A stretch of DNA of 64,000 bases from Alphaproteobacteria bacterium (GTDB taxonomy: Bacteria > Pseudomonadota > Alphaproteobacteria > SP197): NCBI GenBank assembly GCA_964291415.2, contig OZ219920.1, forward strand, positions 512,001 to 576,000, in the 5' to 3' direction. How positions within the stretch are numbered: position 1 is the stretch's first letter; each line of letters opens with the position of its first letter. The notes under the pieces are model-generated. The model was not told the DNA's origin. It made no database searches and saw only the letters and a list, made by a program, of their open reading frames with translations. This document shows, in pieces, positions 11,347 to 21,218 of the stretch. The position numbers were made by a program, and so were the translations under genes.

Positions 11347-11971
11347 GACCGGTCTCCGGCAACCGGGGGCGGTCCGTCCGCCGGATGCGGCAGGATGGCC
11401 GGGTCTCCGGCATCCGCGTCCTCCGGCCCGACCAGCGGCCCGTCGAGGCCGAGCCAGGGGATGTCCGGCATGGCGACGGCGCGGCCCAGGATCTGGCGTC
11501 GCGCGGCACGAGGCCGATTTCGGCGTAGCGGCTGTCGTGCGAATCCGCGTGGTCCGCGAACAGGTAGTAATGCCCCGGCGGAATCACGCCCGGCGCGATC
11601 GGTTCCAGCGGGCGACCGTCGCGCGCATATGCCTTGGCCCGGCCCGCCGGCGCGCCGTCGAGGAAGACCGTCCTGTCCGGTCCGACCGTGACCGCCATGC
11701 CCGGCACGCCGCGCACCGTCTTGAGATAGGGCACCGGCGAGCCGACGGCCTCGGGAGGCTCGAACAGCACCCGGTCGCCGATTTCCGGCGCCTCGCCGAA
11801 CAGCGGGAAGGCGGCATAGCCCCAGGCTTCGTCCGACCAGCTCGCGTTGACATGCACGCGCGAGACGCCAACCAGCCACAGCGCCGCCAGCGCGACCATC
11901 ACGGCCAGGCCGATGCGCCGCCGCCGCGGCCGGGCGGCCGCCAGCGCGAAGTCCGGGCGCCCGCCGCTCAC
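11343..11971 (-). CDS. S26-family pilin-processing peptidase (TrhF-like; frameshift near 11500)
   Basis: VNASWS, YLKTVRGVPG, DSHDSRY..IGLV; located between trbI and traW. Confidence 0.82.
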
Positions 11972-12345
11972 CGTCCGTCTCCCCGGGCCGTCCCGGCCCC
12001 GGTGTCCGGGCGCCGCGCCAGGAGCTCCGCAAGCACCGCCTCCACGTGCCACGTCACGTCCGGCGCTCCGGCGGCCACCGCCCGGGCCGGCAGCAGCACG
12101 ACGCCACGGCGTTCGGATACATGGACGAGCGCGGCCTCCAGCGCCTCGCCCCAGGCCCGCACGTCATCGGCGGTCCGCCCCTCCGTCGCGGCGCGCATCG
12201 TCCAGGCCGCGGTCATCTCGCCGAGACGGACCGAGGCGACGCGCGCCGGTTCGGGCGCGGCAAGGCGCACCGTCGCCGCCGCGACCGCCGCCGCCACGCC
12301 GCCCGCCAGCAGCACGGCGCAGGCCAGCAGGCGAAGCTCGCTCAT
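11968..12345 (-). CDS. trbI: Type-F conjugative protein TrbI
   Basis: N-terminal TM helix; VVLLPARAVAAGAPDVT motif. Confidence 0.8.
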   Translation of the reverse strand: MSELRLLACAVLLAGGVAAAVAAATVRLAAPEPARVASVRLGEMTAAWTMRAATEGRTADDVRAWGEALEAALVHVSERRGVVLLPARAVAAGAPDVTWHVEAVLAELLARRPDTGAGTARGDGR

Positions 12346-12584
12346 GCCGCGTTCCCCGCCCGCCGCGCGGTCATCCTCACATGGGCGCGGGTGTCCCGAT
12401 GCTTGAACCAGGCCGTGCCGTCCTCGTCATGGAACATGTAGAGGTAATGGCCCGCCCAGTTGCGCGCGCCCGGCTCGCCCGACAGCACGCCCGCCAGGAT
12501 GGCGGCGCGGAACACCGTCTCCGCGTCCCGCTCCACGGTGATGCCGTTCGCCGCGGGCCGGCGCCGGTCAGGACGCGGGCGCAT
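12342..12584 (-). CDS. Small hypothetical protein within the tra operon
   Basis: Overlaps both neighbours; FRAAILAGVLS..NWAGHYLYM..FKHRDTR reads like a real globular sequence. Confidence 0.6.
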   Translation of the reverse strand: MRPRPDRRRPAANGITVERDAETVFRAAILAGVLSGEPGARNWAGHYLYMFHDEDGTAWFKHRDTRAHVRMTARRAGNAA

Positions 12585-13196
12585 CGTCCGCCCCCTCGCC
12601 GCCTGCCCGCCGTAACGCTGCCCGGTCGCCCGCAAGCGCCCGGAACCGGGCGAGCCAGCCCTCCGCCGCCTTGTCGGGAGGTACCGGGCGGATGCGCCGC
12701 TTCAGCGGCGGGAAGGCCACGCCGGCCCCGGCCGAACCCTGGCCCTCCAGAAGGTCGCGCCTCTCGGTCGCCGCCGCCATGCGGGTGACGAAGCGCAGCA
12801 GCTCGGCTTGCTCCTCGTTCAGCACGGCATCCAGCCCGGCGGCCTCGCGCACCGCAGTCTCGATTCCGTGGCGAGGCGTCCGACGCGGTCCGCCGCACGC
12901 TGCGAGTCCGGCAGGCGCCCCCGGAGCCAGGCCGACGGCGCATCGGCGAGGAGCGCGTGCAATGCGAGCCGCCGGCGGTCCTCCTCGTCGAGGCCGTCGA
13001 GCGCCTCGATCTCCTCGCTGACCGTCACCGCATGCGCCGCGACCGAGTGGTAGTGCCGGATGCAGCCGCCCCGGCGGCAGGTGTTGGCGAGCACATGGGC
13101 CAGCGCCTCGAAGTCGATATCTTCCGCCGTCACCGTCTCCGGGTCGTCCGGCCAGGTGAGCGGGCGTTGCCCGCCGTCGGTTGCCTTCCGCGTCAT
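12568..13196 (-). CDS. HD-superfamily (YfbR/YfdR-like) phosphohydrolase homologue, frameshift near 12865
   Basis: DIDFEALAHVLANTCRRGG..HSVAAH..ALHALLADA..ATERRDLL matches the family pattern; HD is replaced by AD. Confidence 0.72.
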
Positions 13197-15754
13197 GCGG
13201 CATCCTCCGTCTCGCTGGTTTCGGAATGGCCTGTAGGGGCGGGATTGACGTCCCCCGCCAGACGGTCGATGGCCTCGACCGTCGAGAGCCCCTCGGCCTT
13301 GAGCCGCTCGACCGCTGCGAAGGCGGGGCCGCGCGACGAGAACAGCGCCACCGACCAGGCGTCGAGCACGAGCCGCGCCACGCGCCAGCCGTCCGGGACC
13401 GTGCAGCACCAGCTCGGCGTAGCGCCCGTCGGCGGTGGTGAGGGATCTTCAGCGCCCGCTCCATGCCGGGATCGCAGTGGATGCGCTTCTCGGATTTCAG
13501 CAGCTCGACCGACTCGTCCTTCTGGGCGAGGAAGATCACCCAGTCCGAGTTCTCCCAGGCGGCGCGGGCGGCGGGGTTGGCGTAGTAGTCGTTGACCGAC
13601 TGCGTGCCGGTCACCAGGGCGCCGCGGTATTTGCGGGCGCGCCGGGCCGCCCCTTCGAGGAACGCCTTCGAATCCTCGCCGGAGAGCAGGTCCCAGGCCT
13701 CGTCGATGACGATGGCCTTCGCCCGGGTGCGCGGGCCGTGATACATGCGTTGCGTCGCGAGGAAGACCACCAGCATCAGCACCACCGCCTGGACGTCGCC
13801 CCGGCCCTTGAGTTCGGCGAGCTCGAACACCGTCATGGCGTTCTCCAGGTCAGGCACGTTCGAGCCCGCGAACAGCCGCCCCATGGCGCCGCCCGGACAC
13901 CAGGGGCCGAGGGAGGTCGCCATGTCGGCGGCGCGGCGGTCGTCGCGGGCTTCGAGGTTCTTGCGCACCGTGCCGAGATCGGCGTCATTGCCGGCCTCGT
14001 CCCAGGCCGCCGCGATGGCCTCGGCAATGAGCGCCGCCTCGATGTCGTCGATGGAACCGCGGCGCCGGGCCATGCGGCCTATGACGCCCGCCAGCATGGC
14101 GAAGCACTCTTCCCTGTAATCGCCGTCATGCTCGGCGGTGCCGGCGTCGATCATGGCGAAGGGGTTGAGGCAGGCCGGGTCCTTGCCGAAGGCGATGAAC
14201 GCGCCCTCCAGGGCCTCCGCCGTGTGCTGGAACGATCTTCCGTCGTCGATCACGACAGCCTCGCCGCCGGCGCCGATCAGCCCGGTCACCAGCTCCTGCA
14301 TCAGCACCGACTTGCCGGAGCCCGACTTGCCGGTGACGGCGACGTTGTAGTTGCCGGCCTCGTTGGCGAAGGGCGACCAGCAGGCCGGCTGGCCCCGGCG
14401 CCCGATCAGGAACAGCGCGGGCGGGTTGTCGGGATTCGCCGGCTGGCCGCGCCACTCGCCGTGCAGGGGGCTGAGGTTGACCGCGCGAGGACGTCAGCAG
14501 GGTCTTCATCCGGCCCATGCGTTCGAGGTCGGCGTCGAGGCCGCCGGCGGACGCCATCGGCAAACACGCCAGCCAGGAGGGGAGCTGCATGTAGCGCTCC
14601 GCGTTCACCCGCCAGCCCTGGCCGTGGTAGATCGCGCGCACCGCCTGCTCGGCCTCGTCGAGCGCGTCGAGCGGTGCGTAGACCGCCGCCATGTAGGAGG
14701 CGCGGACCAGCTTCTCGCCGTCCTTGATCCGGTCGGTCACCGCCTGCCAGTCGCGCGCCTTCTCGGGCAGGCCGGGGAGATATTTCGCGATCCCGGTGCC
14801 GGCCTGCTGGGTCGCGCGGGCGGACTTGAGGAACGCCTTCTCGCCCGCCGCCTCGTCGCCGGTGACGACGGTGAGGCAGGTCAGCACCGGGCAGCCGGGC
14901 TGCAGGAAGTCGCGGTGGAAGTCGCCGATCAGCGCGTTGCCGCGCCAGCCCGGCCAGACCTCCGGGAAGGCGATGGCCGACAGCACCCGGACCGCGATGT
15001 CCTGCCCGTCGGGGTGGTGGAAGGTGAGGCCGGTCGGCGCCACGGTGAGCGCGCGGCCCGGTGCAGTGCATTGCTCGTGCAGCGGATCGCGCGGCGCCCA
15101 GCGGCGCGGCGGGCGTTCCGCGCCGCCGTCGCGGTAACCGCCGATGTCGGGGTTCGTGAGCTCCGCCGCCAGCGACAGCAGCGCGTCCGGCTCCAGCCGC
15201 CGGGTCTGTGCGCCGGCCGAGGCGAGCGTGCCTTCGAGCGCGCGGCGGAAGGCGCCGAGCGCGGTCTCCGCCGAAGGTCCCGGACCGCCCGCGAGGCAGG
15301 CGGTGACGAACACCCGGTAGTCCGAGAGGGTGAAGGGCGGGCCGCCCGCATGCAGGCGGCGCCAGCCGCCGGGCGCCAGCAGCTCGCCGCGGCGGGAACC
15401 CATTCGGGCCAATGCGCCCCCGGCCTCCCTGCGCGGCCCGGCCCAGGCGCGCGCGGCCGCGCCGAAGCGCGGGCTCGCCCAGTGGATCACCTGGATGGTG
15501 CAGCGCTCGGGCGCGGCATCGGCGAGCGTTCCCGCCAGCGCCCCCAGGGTCTCGGCGTCGATGCCGGCAAATGGCGGCAGCTCGACGACGAACCCCACCG
15601 AGCCCGCGTTGACGTAGAGCTCGCTCGATTCGTCGAAGGCGCGCCAGGGCAGCAGGGCATGGAGCGCGGCCGGCAGCGCCGGCGGCGTCCACGCGCCGGG
15701 CGCCTCCGGGCCCTCGAACAGCTCCAGCAGCCGCGACAGCGCGCCCGATGCCAT
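13193..15754 (-). CDS. traC: VirB4-family ATPase TraC (frameshifts near 14490 and 13445)
   Basis: YNVAVTGKSGSGKS Walker A, VIDDGRS, IDEAWDLL, RRARKY, TGTQS. Confidence 0.93.
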
Positions 15755-16413
15755 CAGCGGAGCCTCCACCCGGCGGGCTCCAGCACGACCCGCACGTGGC
15801 TCGCCTCGCGGTAGACGCCGTTCGCGTCGACGAAGGGCGCGATCCAGATCCGCGCGACGATTTCGCCGGTGCGAAGATCCTCGGCCTCCGGTCCGTCCGG
15901 CGCCGCTTCGGCTTCGGCCGGAAGGGGGGCGGAGTCCGGTTCCCCGGTCCGCGCGGCGGCGGGCGTTTCGGCTTCCTCGACCGGCGCCGGACGCTGCGCC
16001 GCCGTCGCGGAGGACGCCACGGCGGAGCCTCCAGCCGGACGCGCCTCGTCTTCATGGGCCTCGCCCGCGAACAGCCGCGCCAGCCAGGCGAAGGGATCGA
16101 ACGCGCCGCAGCCCGCCTCGCACGGCGGCGCGGTGTCCGGTGCCGGCCCGGCCCGTTCGTGCCCACGCTCCCGCCAGAGCGGCTCCGCGAGCACCGTCGC
16201 GCGTGTCGCCTGCCGGTCCGGCACCGCCGGATCGGCGGCGGCGACGCTGTCGCACAGCCCCCCCTCCGCGAGCGGGCATTGCCAGGATTCGCCGATATGG
16301 CCCGTCGAGCAGCCGGCGAGCAGCAGCGCGGCGAGCGCCGCGGCGGGGACCCCGGCTCGGCGGCCGGGACGGGCCGCCGTGAGAAGCGGCGCGGGTCTGG
16401 TTGCATGCGTCAT
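15754..16413 (-). CDS. traV: Lipoprotein TraV
   Basis: LLAGC lipobox, WQCP..C, RIWIAPFVDANG. Confidence 0.9.
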   Translation of the reverse strand: MTHATRPAPLLTAARPGRRAGVPAAALAALLLAGCSTGHIGESWQCPLAEGGLCDSVAAADPAVPDRQATRATVLAEPLWRERGHERAGPAPDTAPPCEAGCGAFDPFAWLARLFAGEAHEDEARPAGGSAVASSATAAQRPAPVEEAETPAAARTGEPDSAPLPAEAEAAPDGPEAEDLRTGEIVARIWIAPFVDANGVYREASHVRVVLEPAGWRLR

Positions 16414-16414
16414 G

Positions 16415-17695
16415 TCATTGTCCTTTCTGCGCGGTGAGAACCGGCCCGCGGCCGTCGATGCGGGCGCCTTCGAGGAACACCAGCGTCACCTTCGTGCCGG
16501 CCTGGAGCTGGACGACGGGCTGGTACTGCTCGGCGCGGCGGATCATGTAGTCGGCGACCTTCTGGCCGGCGGAGCCGGCGCCCGCACCGAGGCCGGCGCG
16601 GCCGATGTCGCCAAGCCCGGTATTGGCCACGGCTGCGCCGGTGCCCGTGGCGACCGCCTGGGGCTGGAACGCCTGCGACACGCCCTGGCCGAGGCCGGAG
16701 ACCATGCCGGCGAGGAACGCCTTCTCGACCAGCGCGCCCTCGCGGCTCACCACCGGGCCGCGCACCCCGGTCTTGCCCGAGCCCGCCACGAACCCCGCGA
16801 CGTCGGTCTCGATCACGGTGCCGGGCTCCGGTCCGGCGCAGGTCATGGTGCGGAACCGCACATAGACCTTCTCCGAGGAGAGGTCGCCGTGGGCCGCCCC
16901 GGTCACGGTGCAGCCGTCGACGTCGACAGCCAAGGCCGTGCCGTCCTCGGCCGCGGTCCATGCCGGCCCCGTGATGCGCAGCAGCACCGGGCGCGGATCG
17001 CCCTGGCTGCTCACCCCGGCCGAGGCGTCGACGCCGGCCAGCACCACGGCTTGTGCATGCGCGCCCGCCGGCAGCCAGGTCGAGACCGGCTTCGCCACGG
17101 CGTCGGCCACCAGCTCCGGTCCGGTACGTGAATCGGATACGGAGGATTGCGGCGCGCCCTCGAGCTCGAAGGTCTCGATCATGCGCACGCGCGAGGGCAT
17201 CGCCGGCCGCGCCTGTCCGTCCCCCGGAGGAGCCGGAGTCTCGCCCCGGAACCAGGGATCGCCGCCGGGCGCGTTGGCCTGCCCGGCGGTGCCCTCGGCC
17301 GGCAGCCCGCGCCTGAGCTCGTCGATCAGCGCCGCCTGGCGGTCGATGACCTCGCGCGCGTTGGCGGCGTCGCCCTCCAGCCTCGCACGCAGCCGCTCGT
17401 TGTCCGCCCTGAGCGTCCGCGCCTCCTGGCCGAGCTCGCGGATCCGGGTCTCGATCCCGCCGAGCCTGGCCTCCGAGCGCCGCGTCCAGACCTGCTCGGC
17501 CGCGTCCGGCCCGGCGATCTCGGCCTCGATGCCGCCCTGCGGCGCCTTGCTCTTGCCCCCGCCCATGCCGAGCCACGCGGCCACCGCCACCAGCAGCACC
17601 GCCGCGATGGCGGAGAACAGCAGGAGCTGGCGCCGGCGCACCGCGTCGGCGTCGACCAGGTCGCGGACGCGCCGCCCGTCGCTGCGCGCGCTCAT
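16415..17695 (-). CDS. traB: VirB10-like TraB
   Basis: LPAGAH..GVDA, GCTVTGAAHGDLSSEK, GVRGPVVSREG, RAEQYQPVVQL..VFLEG. Confidence 0.93.
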   Translation of the reverse strand: MSARSDGRRVRDLVDADAVRRRQLLLFSAIAAVLLVAVAAWLGMGGGKSKAPQGGIEAEIAGPDAAEQVWTRRSEARLGGIETRIRELGQEARTLRADNERLRARLEGDAANAREVIDRQAALIDELRRGLPAEGTAGQANAPGGDPWFRGETPAPPGDGQARPAMPSRVRMIETFELEGAPQSSVSDSRTGPELVADAVAKPVSTWLPAGAHAQAVVLAGVDASAGVSSQGDPRPVLLRITGPAWTAAEDGTALAVDVDGCTVTGAAHGDLSSEKVYVRFRTMTCAGPEPGTVIETDVAGFVAGSGKTGVRGPVVSREGALVEKAFLAGMVSGLGQGVSQAFQPQAVATGTGAAVANTGLGDIGRAGLGAGAGSAGQKVADYMIRRAEQYQPVVQLQAGTKVTLVFLEGARIDGRGPVLTAQKGQ

Positions 17696-18462
17696 CGCGG
17701 CTCTCCCACCGCGGCGGCTTCCACGACCGCCACCGCCAGCCGCCCGCCCGAAGGGCCGGTGCCCGGCGCCGCCAGCCATAGCGCCGACACACGGCCGCGC
17801 CCCGCAACGCCCTCGATGGTCCCGGCGAGGCCCGCGGCCCCGTCCGCATCCTGCGATGCCGGACGCGCGGCCTCGACCACGAGCGCCGCGAACCGCCGGC
17901 CCCGCCAGGTCTCGATGAGCGTCAGTCCGTCAACGGACCGATCCTTGCCGGTCTCGATGGCGTAGCCCGGCAGGAGCTCGCGCCGCGCCACCGCGCGCAC
18001 CAGCCGGACGAGAGCGGCGATGTGCGCATCCTCGGCCAATGCCCGGGCGCCCGGCCCCCCGTCCGGCAGGGCCGCCGCGTTGCGGATCAGGATCTGCGCC
18101 GAGTCGCGCGCCGCCGGAGTCAGCGTCAGCCGGTAGGTGAAGCCCCTCTCGGTGCCGACGAACAGGGTGACCGGATCGTCGGTCCCGGGCCCCTGGCCGG
18201 CCGGCCGGAGATAGAGGTCGCCCGAGGCGCCGTCGTGCTCGACCGCAAAGCCGTCCGGAGACCGCACCACCTTCGCGATCCGGTCGCCATGAAGCGCGAT
18301 GCGGTTGACGCCGCTCGCGGAGATTTCCGCCGCTAGCTCGGCATGGTCGGCCGCATCGAGGATCTGCATTGCCAGCGCGGGAACCGGCGCCGCGAGCGCG
18401 CCCATGGTCAGAATGCGCAGGGCAAGCAGCATCGCGCGCACGCGCGAACCGATATCTGTCAT
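17692..18462 (-). CDS. traK: Secretin-like TraK
   Basis: ISASGVNRI, GDLYLRP, LFVGTERGFTYRLTL. Confidence 0.9.
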   Translation of the reverse strand: MTDIGSRVRAMLLALRILTMGALAAPVPALAMQILDAADHAELAAEISASGVNRIALHGDRIAKVVRSPDGFAVEHDGASGDLYLRPAGQGPGTDDPVTLFVGTERGFTYRLTLTPAARDSAQILIRNAAALPDGGPGARALAEDAHIAALVRLVRAVARRELLPGYAIETGKDRSVDGLTLIETWRGRRFAALVVEAARPASQDADGAAGLAGTIEGVAGRGRVSALWLAAPGTGPSGGRLAVAVVEAAAVGEPR

Positions 18463-19031
18463 TTGTCACTCTCCAGTTGCTCGAAGCGCAGGAGGCCGAT
18501 CCGTCCGGCGTCGATGCGGAAGACGAGCCGGTAGCGCCGGTCTTCGCGCGAGGACTCCTCGCGCCCGATCCAGGTCACCAGCTCGCCCGCGATCTCGACC
18601 GAAAGCCCTTCGGGATCGGCCTCGATTTCGGTGGGGTAGAAGGCGCTCGCCATGTCGCGCCCGGCCATGCGCGCCGCCTCGGCCTCGACCCAGGCGCCGA
18701 TCGCGCCGCGCGCCGAGGCGTGTGCGAGACGCGCCGCCGCAAGCCGCACATGGGCCGCGTTCTCGGGAGTGAGGGTGAGCAGCGTCACCGCGACGGTGCG
18801 CGCCATGTCCTCGAGATACCGCGCCCCCGCCGGGCCGATACCGACGCCGCTGCCGCCGACCTCCAGGGACGGCCCCGAGACCGCCGGCACCAGCACGGTG
18901 ACGGTCTCGCGCCCGGCGAAGCTCACCGTCAGCGCCAGGTTGGCGGTCATCGACAGCACCAGCAGCGCCGCCAGCGCGAGCCGGACGTCCCGCACCCGGC
19001 GGATGGCGGAGTCCATGTCGATGCGTCTCAT
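18459..19031 (-). CDS. traE: Pilus assembly protein TraE
   Basis: TM helix, TVLVP, YLEDMAR..LLTLTPEN, SAFYP, GELVTWIG. Confidence 0.88.
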   Translation of the reverse strand: MRRIDMDSAIRRVRDVRLALAALLVLSMTANLALTVSFAGRETVTVLVPAVSGPSLEVGGSGVGIGPAGARYLEDMARTVAVTLLTLTPENAAHVRLAAARLAHASARGAIGAWVEAEAARMAGRDMASAFYPTEIEADPEGLSVEIAGELVTWIGREESSREDRRYRLVFRIDAGRIGLLRFEQLESDK

Positions 19032-19041
19032 GCCGCCCGCC

Positions 19042-19335
19042 TCAGCCGACGAAGCGCCGGAGGTGGCTCGGCGGCGTCGCCTTGAGACGCAGCACGAAGT
19101 CCGGCAGGAACCAGTACAGCGCGTAGCGCGCGATGTTGGCCCCGCCGCCGCGCTTGACGCGCCGGAGCAGAAGCCAGCCGCCGACGCCGGCAATGAGCCC
19201 CGGCACGAACTGGTTCGCGGCCAGCCCGAGCAGGGCCGGGCCCATCAGCGCGGCCGCCTCGTCGACCGTCCAGAACAGCCAGCGCTCCGGATCGTCGAGC
19301 CGGCGCGGGATGGTGTGGCGGGCGGTGTCGTTCAC
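19042..19335 (-). CDS. traL: Pilus assembly protein TraL
   Basis: IPRRLDDPERWLFWTVDE..LYWFLP..TPPSHLRRFVG. Confidence 0.92.
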   Translation of the reverse strand: MNDTARHTIPRRLDDPERWLFWTVDEAAALMGPALLGLAANQFVPGLIAGVGGWLLLRRVKRGGGANIARYALYWFLPDFVLRLKATPPSHLRRFVG

Positions 19336-19345
19336 GATTGCCGCC

Positions 19346-19684
19346 TCAGACGATCGCCGTGCCGACCAGGCCGGTGACGATCCCGGTGCCGGCGCCCGCC
19401 GCGATGCCGACGCCGACCGCGCCCATGAGCTGCATGGCGTTGAAGCGCAGCACCGAGCCGACCAGCGCCGCGCCCACGGCGAGCGCGGCGGCGAGCTGGC
19501 CGCCGGTGCCGCCGACGATGTTCTCCACCGTGTCGAGCGGCGTGCCGAAGGTGGTGTCGGTGGTCGCCAGCGCCGCGTCCGTTCCGGCCAGCACGGCGGC
19601 AGCCGCCAGTGCCGCCAGCGCGGCGATGCGAAGCGCGTCGCCGGAGCGGTCCACGGCGGCCGCGGTCATCGCCCGCGCCCTCAT
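19346..19684 (-). CDS. traA: Conjugative pilin TraA-like
   Basis: Leader ending ALA, then two hydrophobic Gly/Ala-rich helices; directly upstream of traL. Confidence 0.75.
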   Translation of the reverse strand: MRARAMTAAAVDRSGDALRIAALAALAAAAVLAGTDAALATTDTTFGTPLDTVENIVGGTGGQLAAALAVGAALVGSVLRFNAMQLMGAVGVGIAAGAGTGIVTGLVGTAIV

Positions 19685-20406
19685 CGGTCGGCTCCCCCCG
19701 GAGCGCGGTCCGGGGCAGGCCCCGATGCGTCCGACCCGCCGCCGTCCGGCCGGGGCTCGTCCGCGGCCGGCACGCGCCGCTTCGCCGCCCAGGCGTCGAG
19801 GTCGTCGCGCCGGTAGACGATGCGCTGGCCGAAGCGGTGATAGGCCGGCCCGTCGCCGGTCTCGCGGTAGCGGTCGAGCGTGCGCGGGCTCAAGCCCAGC
19901 ACGGCCGCCGCCTTGCGCGTGCTCAAGTATTCGCCGTTGGCGTGGGTCATGTCGCAGTCTCCCTGTGGTGCGCCTCTGTCCACCTCGCCGAGCAGCGGCA
20001 CGCCCGCCACCGCCGCGCGCATCGCCGCGCGCGCCGGGGCCGACGCATGCCCCGCCATCCACCCCCGCACCCGCTCGACGGTGCCGAGCCGAAACGAGGC
20101 GCCCCGGCGCAGACGGTCGACGAAGGAGGGGTCGCCCGCCGCGAGCTCGCCGAACACGTAGGCCTTGGTGCCGCTGACGCGCAGGAACGCCTCGACCTCG
20201 CGCCGGAAGGCGGGGCCGACGGGCGCGAGGCCCATGAAGGCGAGGAGGCGGTCGACGGTCCTGAGCCCCGGACAGCGGCCCCGGTCGAGCGAGCCCATGA
20301 AGCAGGGGTCGCCCAGCGCCTCAATGCCGAAGCGCCGCGGGCCGGTGCCGGTCTCTTCGAGGAACGCGCCGAGAAGGGCGCGGAGCTGGCGGTCGAGGTG
20401 TGTCAT
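19681..20406 (-). CDS. Tandem Cro-like HTH domains in frame with an excisionase/AlpA-like HTH domain (possible internal start MTHANG at 19950)
   Basis: Two copies of AFL..G...FG..A.GDP.F...L.RG....L.TV; C-terminal YLSTRKAAAVLGLSPRTL..GDGPAYHRFG..Y...DLDAW. Confidence 0.75.
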   Translation of the reverse strand: MTHLDRQLRALLGAFLEETGTGPRRFGIEALGDPCFMGSLDRGRCPGLRTVDRLLAFMGLAPVGPAFRREVEAFLRVSGTKAYVFGELAAGDPSFVDRLRRGASFRLGTVERVRGWMAGHASAPARAAMRAAVAGVPLLGEVDRGAPQGDCDMTHANGEYLSTRKAAAVLGLSPRTLDRYRETGDGPAYHRFGQRIVYRRDDLDAWAAKRRVPAADEPRPDGGGSDASGPAPDRAPGGADR

Positions 20407-20436
20407 GGGGCGCGAACGTAAGCCGAACGCGCCTCG

Positions 20437-20467
20437 TTGACAACTGTGTTAGTTAGGAGTTATCCTA
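20437..20467 (+). promoter_or_regulatory. Putative sigma70 promoter of the repressor, overlapped by a palindromic operator
   Basis: TTGACA (20437) N18 TATCCT (20461); TAGGA-N4-TCCTA palindrome at 20454-20467, in the only AT-rich patch between divergent regulators. Confidence 0.55.
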
Positions 20468-20498
20468 CGTCACCGCAGCATGGACGAGGAACCCCACG

Positions 20499-21169
20499 AT
20501 GGACCGCGACCCCGTACGAGAAGCTTTGAAGGAAAAGCTCTGGAAGGCCGGCACCTCGCTCGCCGAGGCGTCTCTGGCCATCGGCAGGAACAAGGCCTAC
20601 CTCCAGCAGTACCTCGCACGCGGCATGCCCCGGGTGCTCTCGTTCCAGGACTCCGAAGCGCTGGGGCGAGCTCCTCGGGTGCGACCCCGCCGAGCTCCGC
20701 CACGACACGCTGCCGGCGCCGAAGCCCTGGACCGGGCCGAAGCGAAGGCGCACCGCGGGCGCCGCGGTCGCCGAGGTGGAGGTCGAGGCCGCCGCCGGAG
20801 CCGGCGCCTGGAACGAGGACTTCGTCCACGAGAAGGCCCGCTGGCGCCTGCCCGAGTCGATGGTCCGCCACGAGGGCGACGCCGACGCCCGAGGCGCTTC
20901 GCATCCTCAAGGTGCGCGGCAACTCGATGGAGCCCGAGCTCCGCGAAGGCGACCGCCTCGTCGTCGACACCGCGCGCACCGTGCCCGCGTCGGGCGAGCT
21001 CTTCGTGCTCTGGGACGGCACCGGGCTCGTGGTCAAGCGCGTCGAGGCGCTCACCGCGAAGGGCACGCTCCGCCTCGCCTCGGCCCACCCCGACTACCCG
21101 CCCTACGAGCGCCCCGCCGACGACGTCCACATCGTCGGCAAGGTGCTGTGGAAGGTCACCCGCGCCTGA
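20499..21169 (+). CDS. CI/LexA-like repressor with S24 peptidase domain (two frameshifts)
   Basis: HTH SLAEASLAIGRNKAYLQQYL; VEAAAGAG cleavage region; VRGNSMEP (catalytic Ser) and LVVKR (catalytic Lys). Confidence 0.88.
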
Positions 21170-21218
21170 GCGCCCGCGCCGCCGCGTCACCGGCGTCCGC
21201 ATTGCACGCCGCCGCCCA

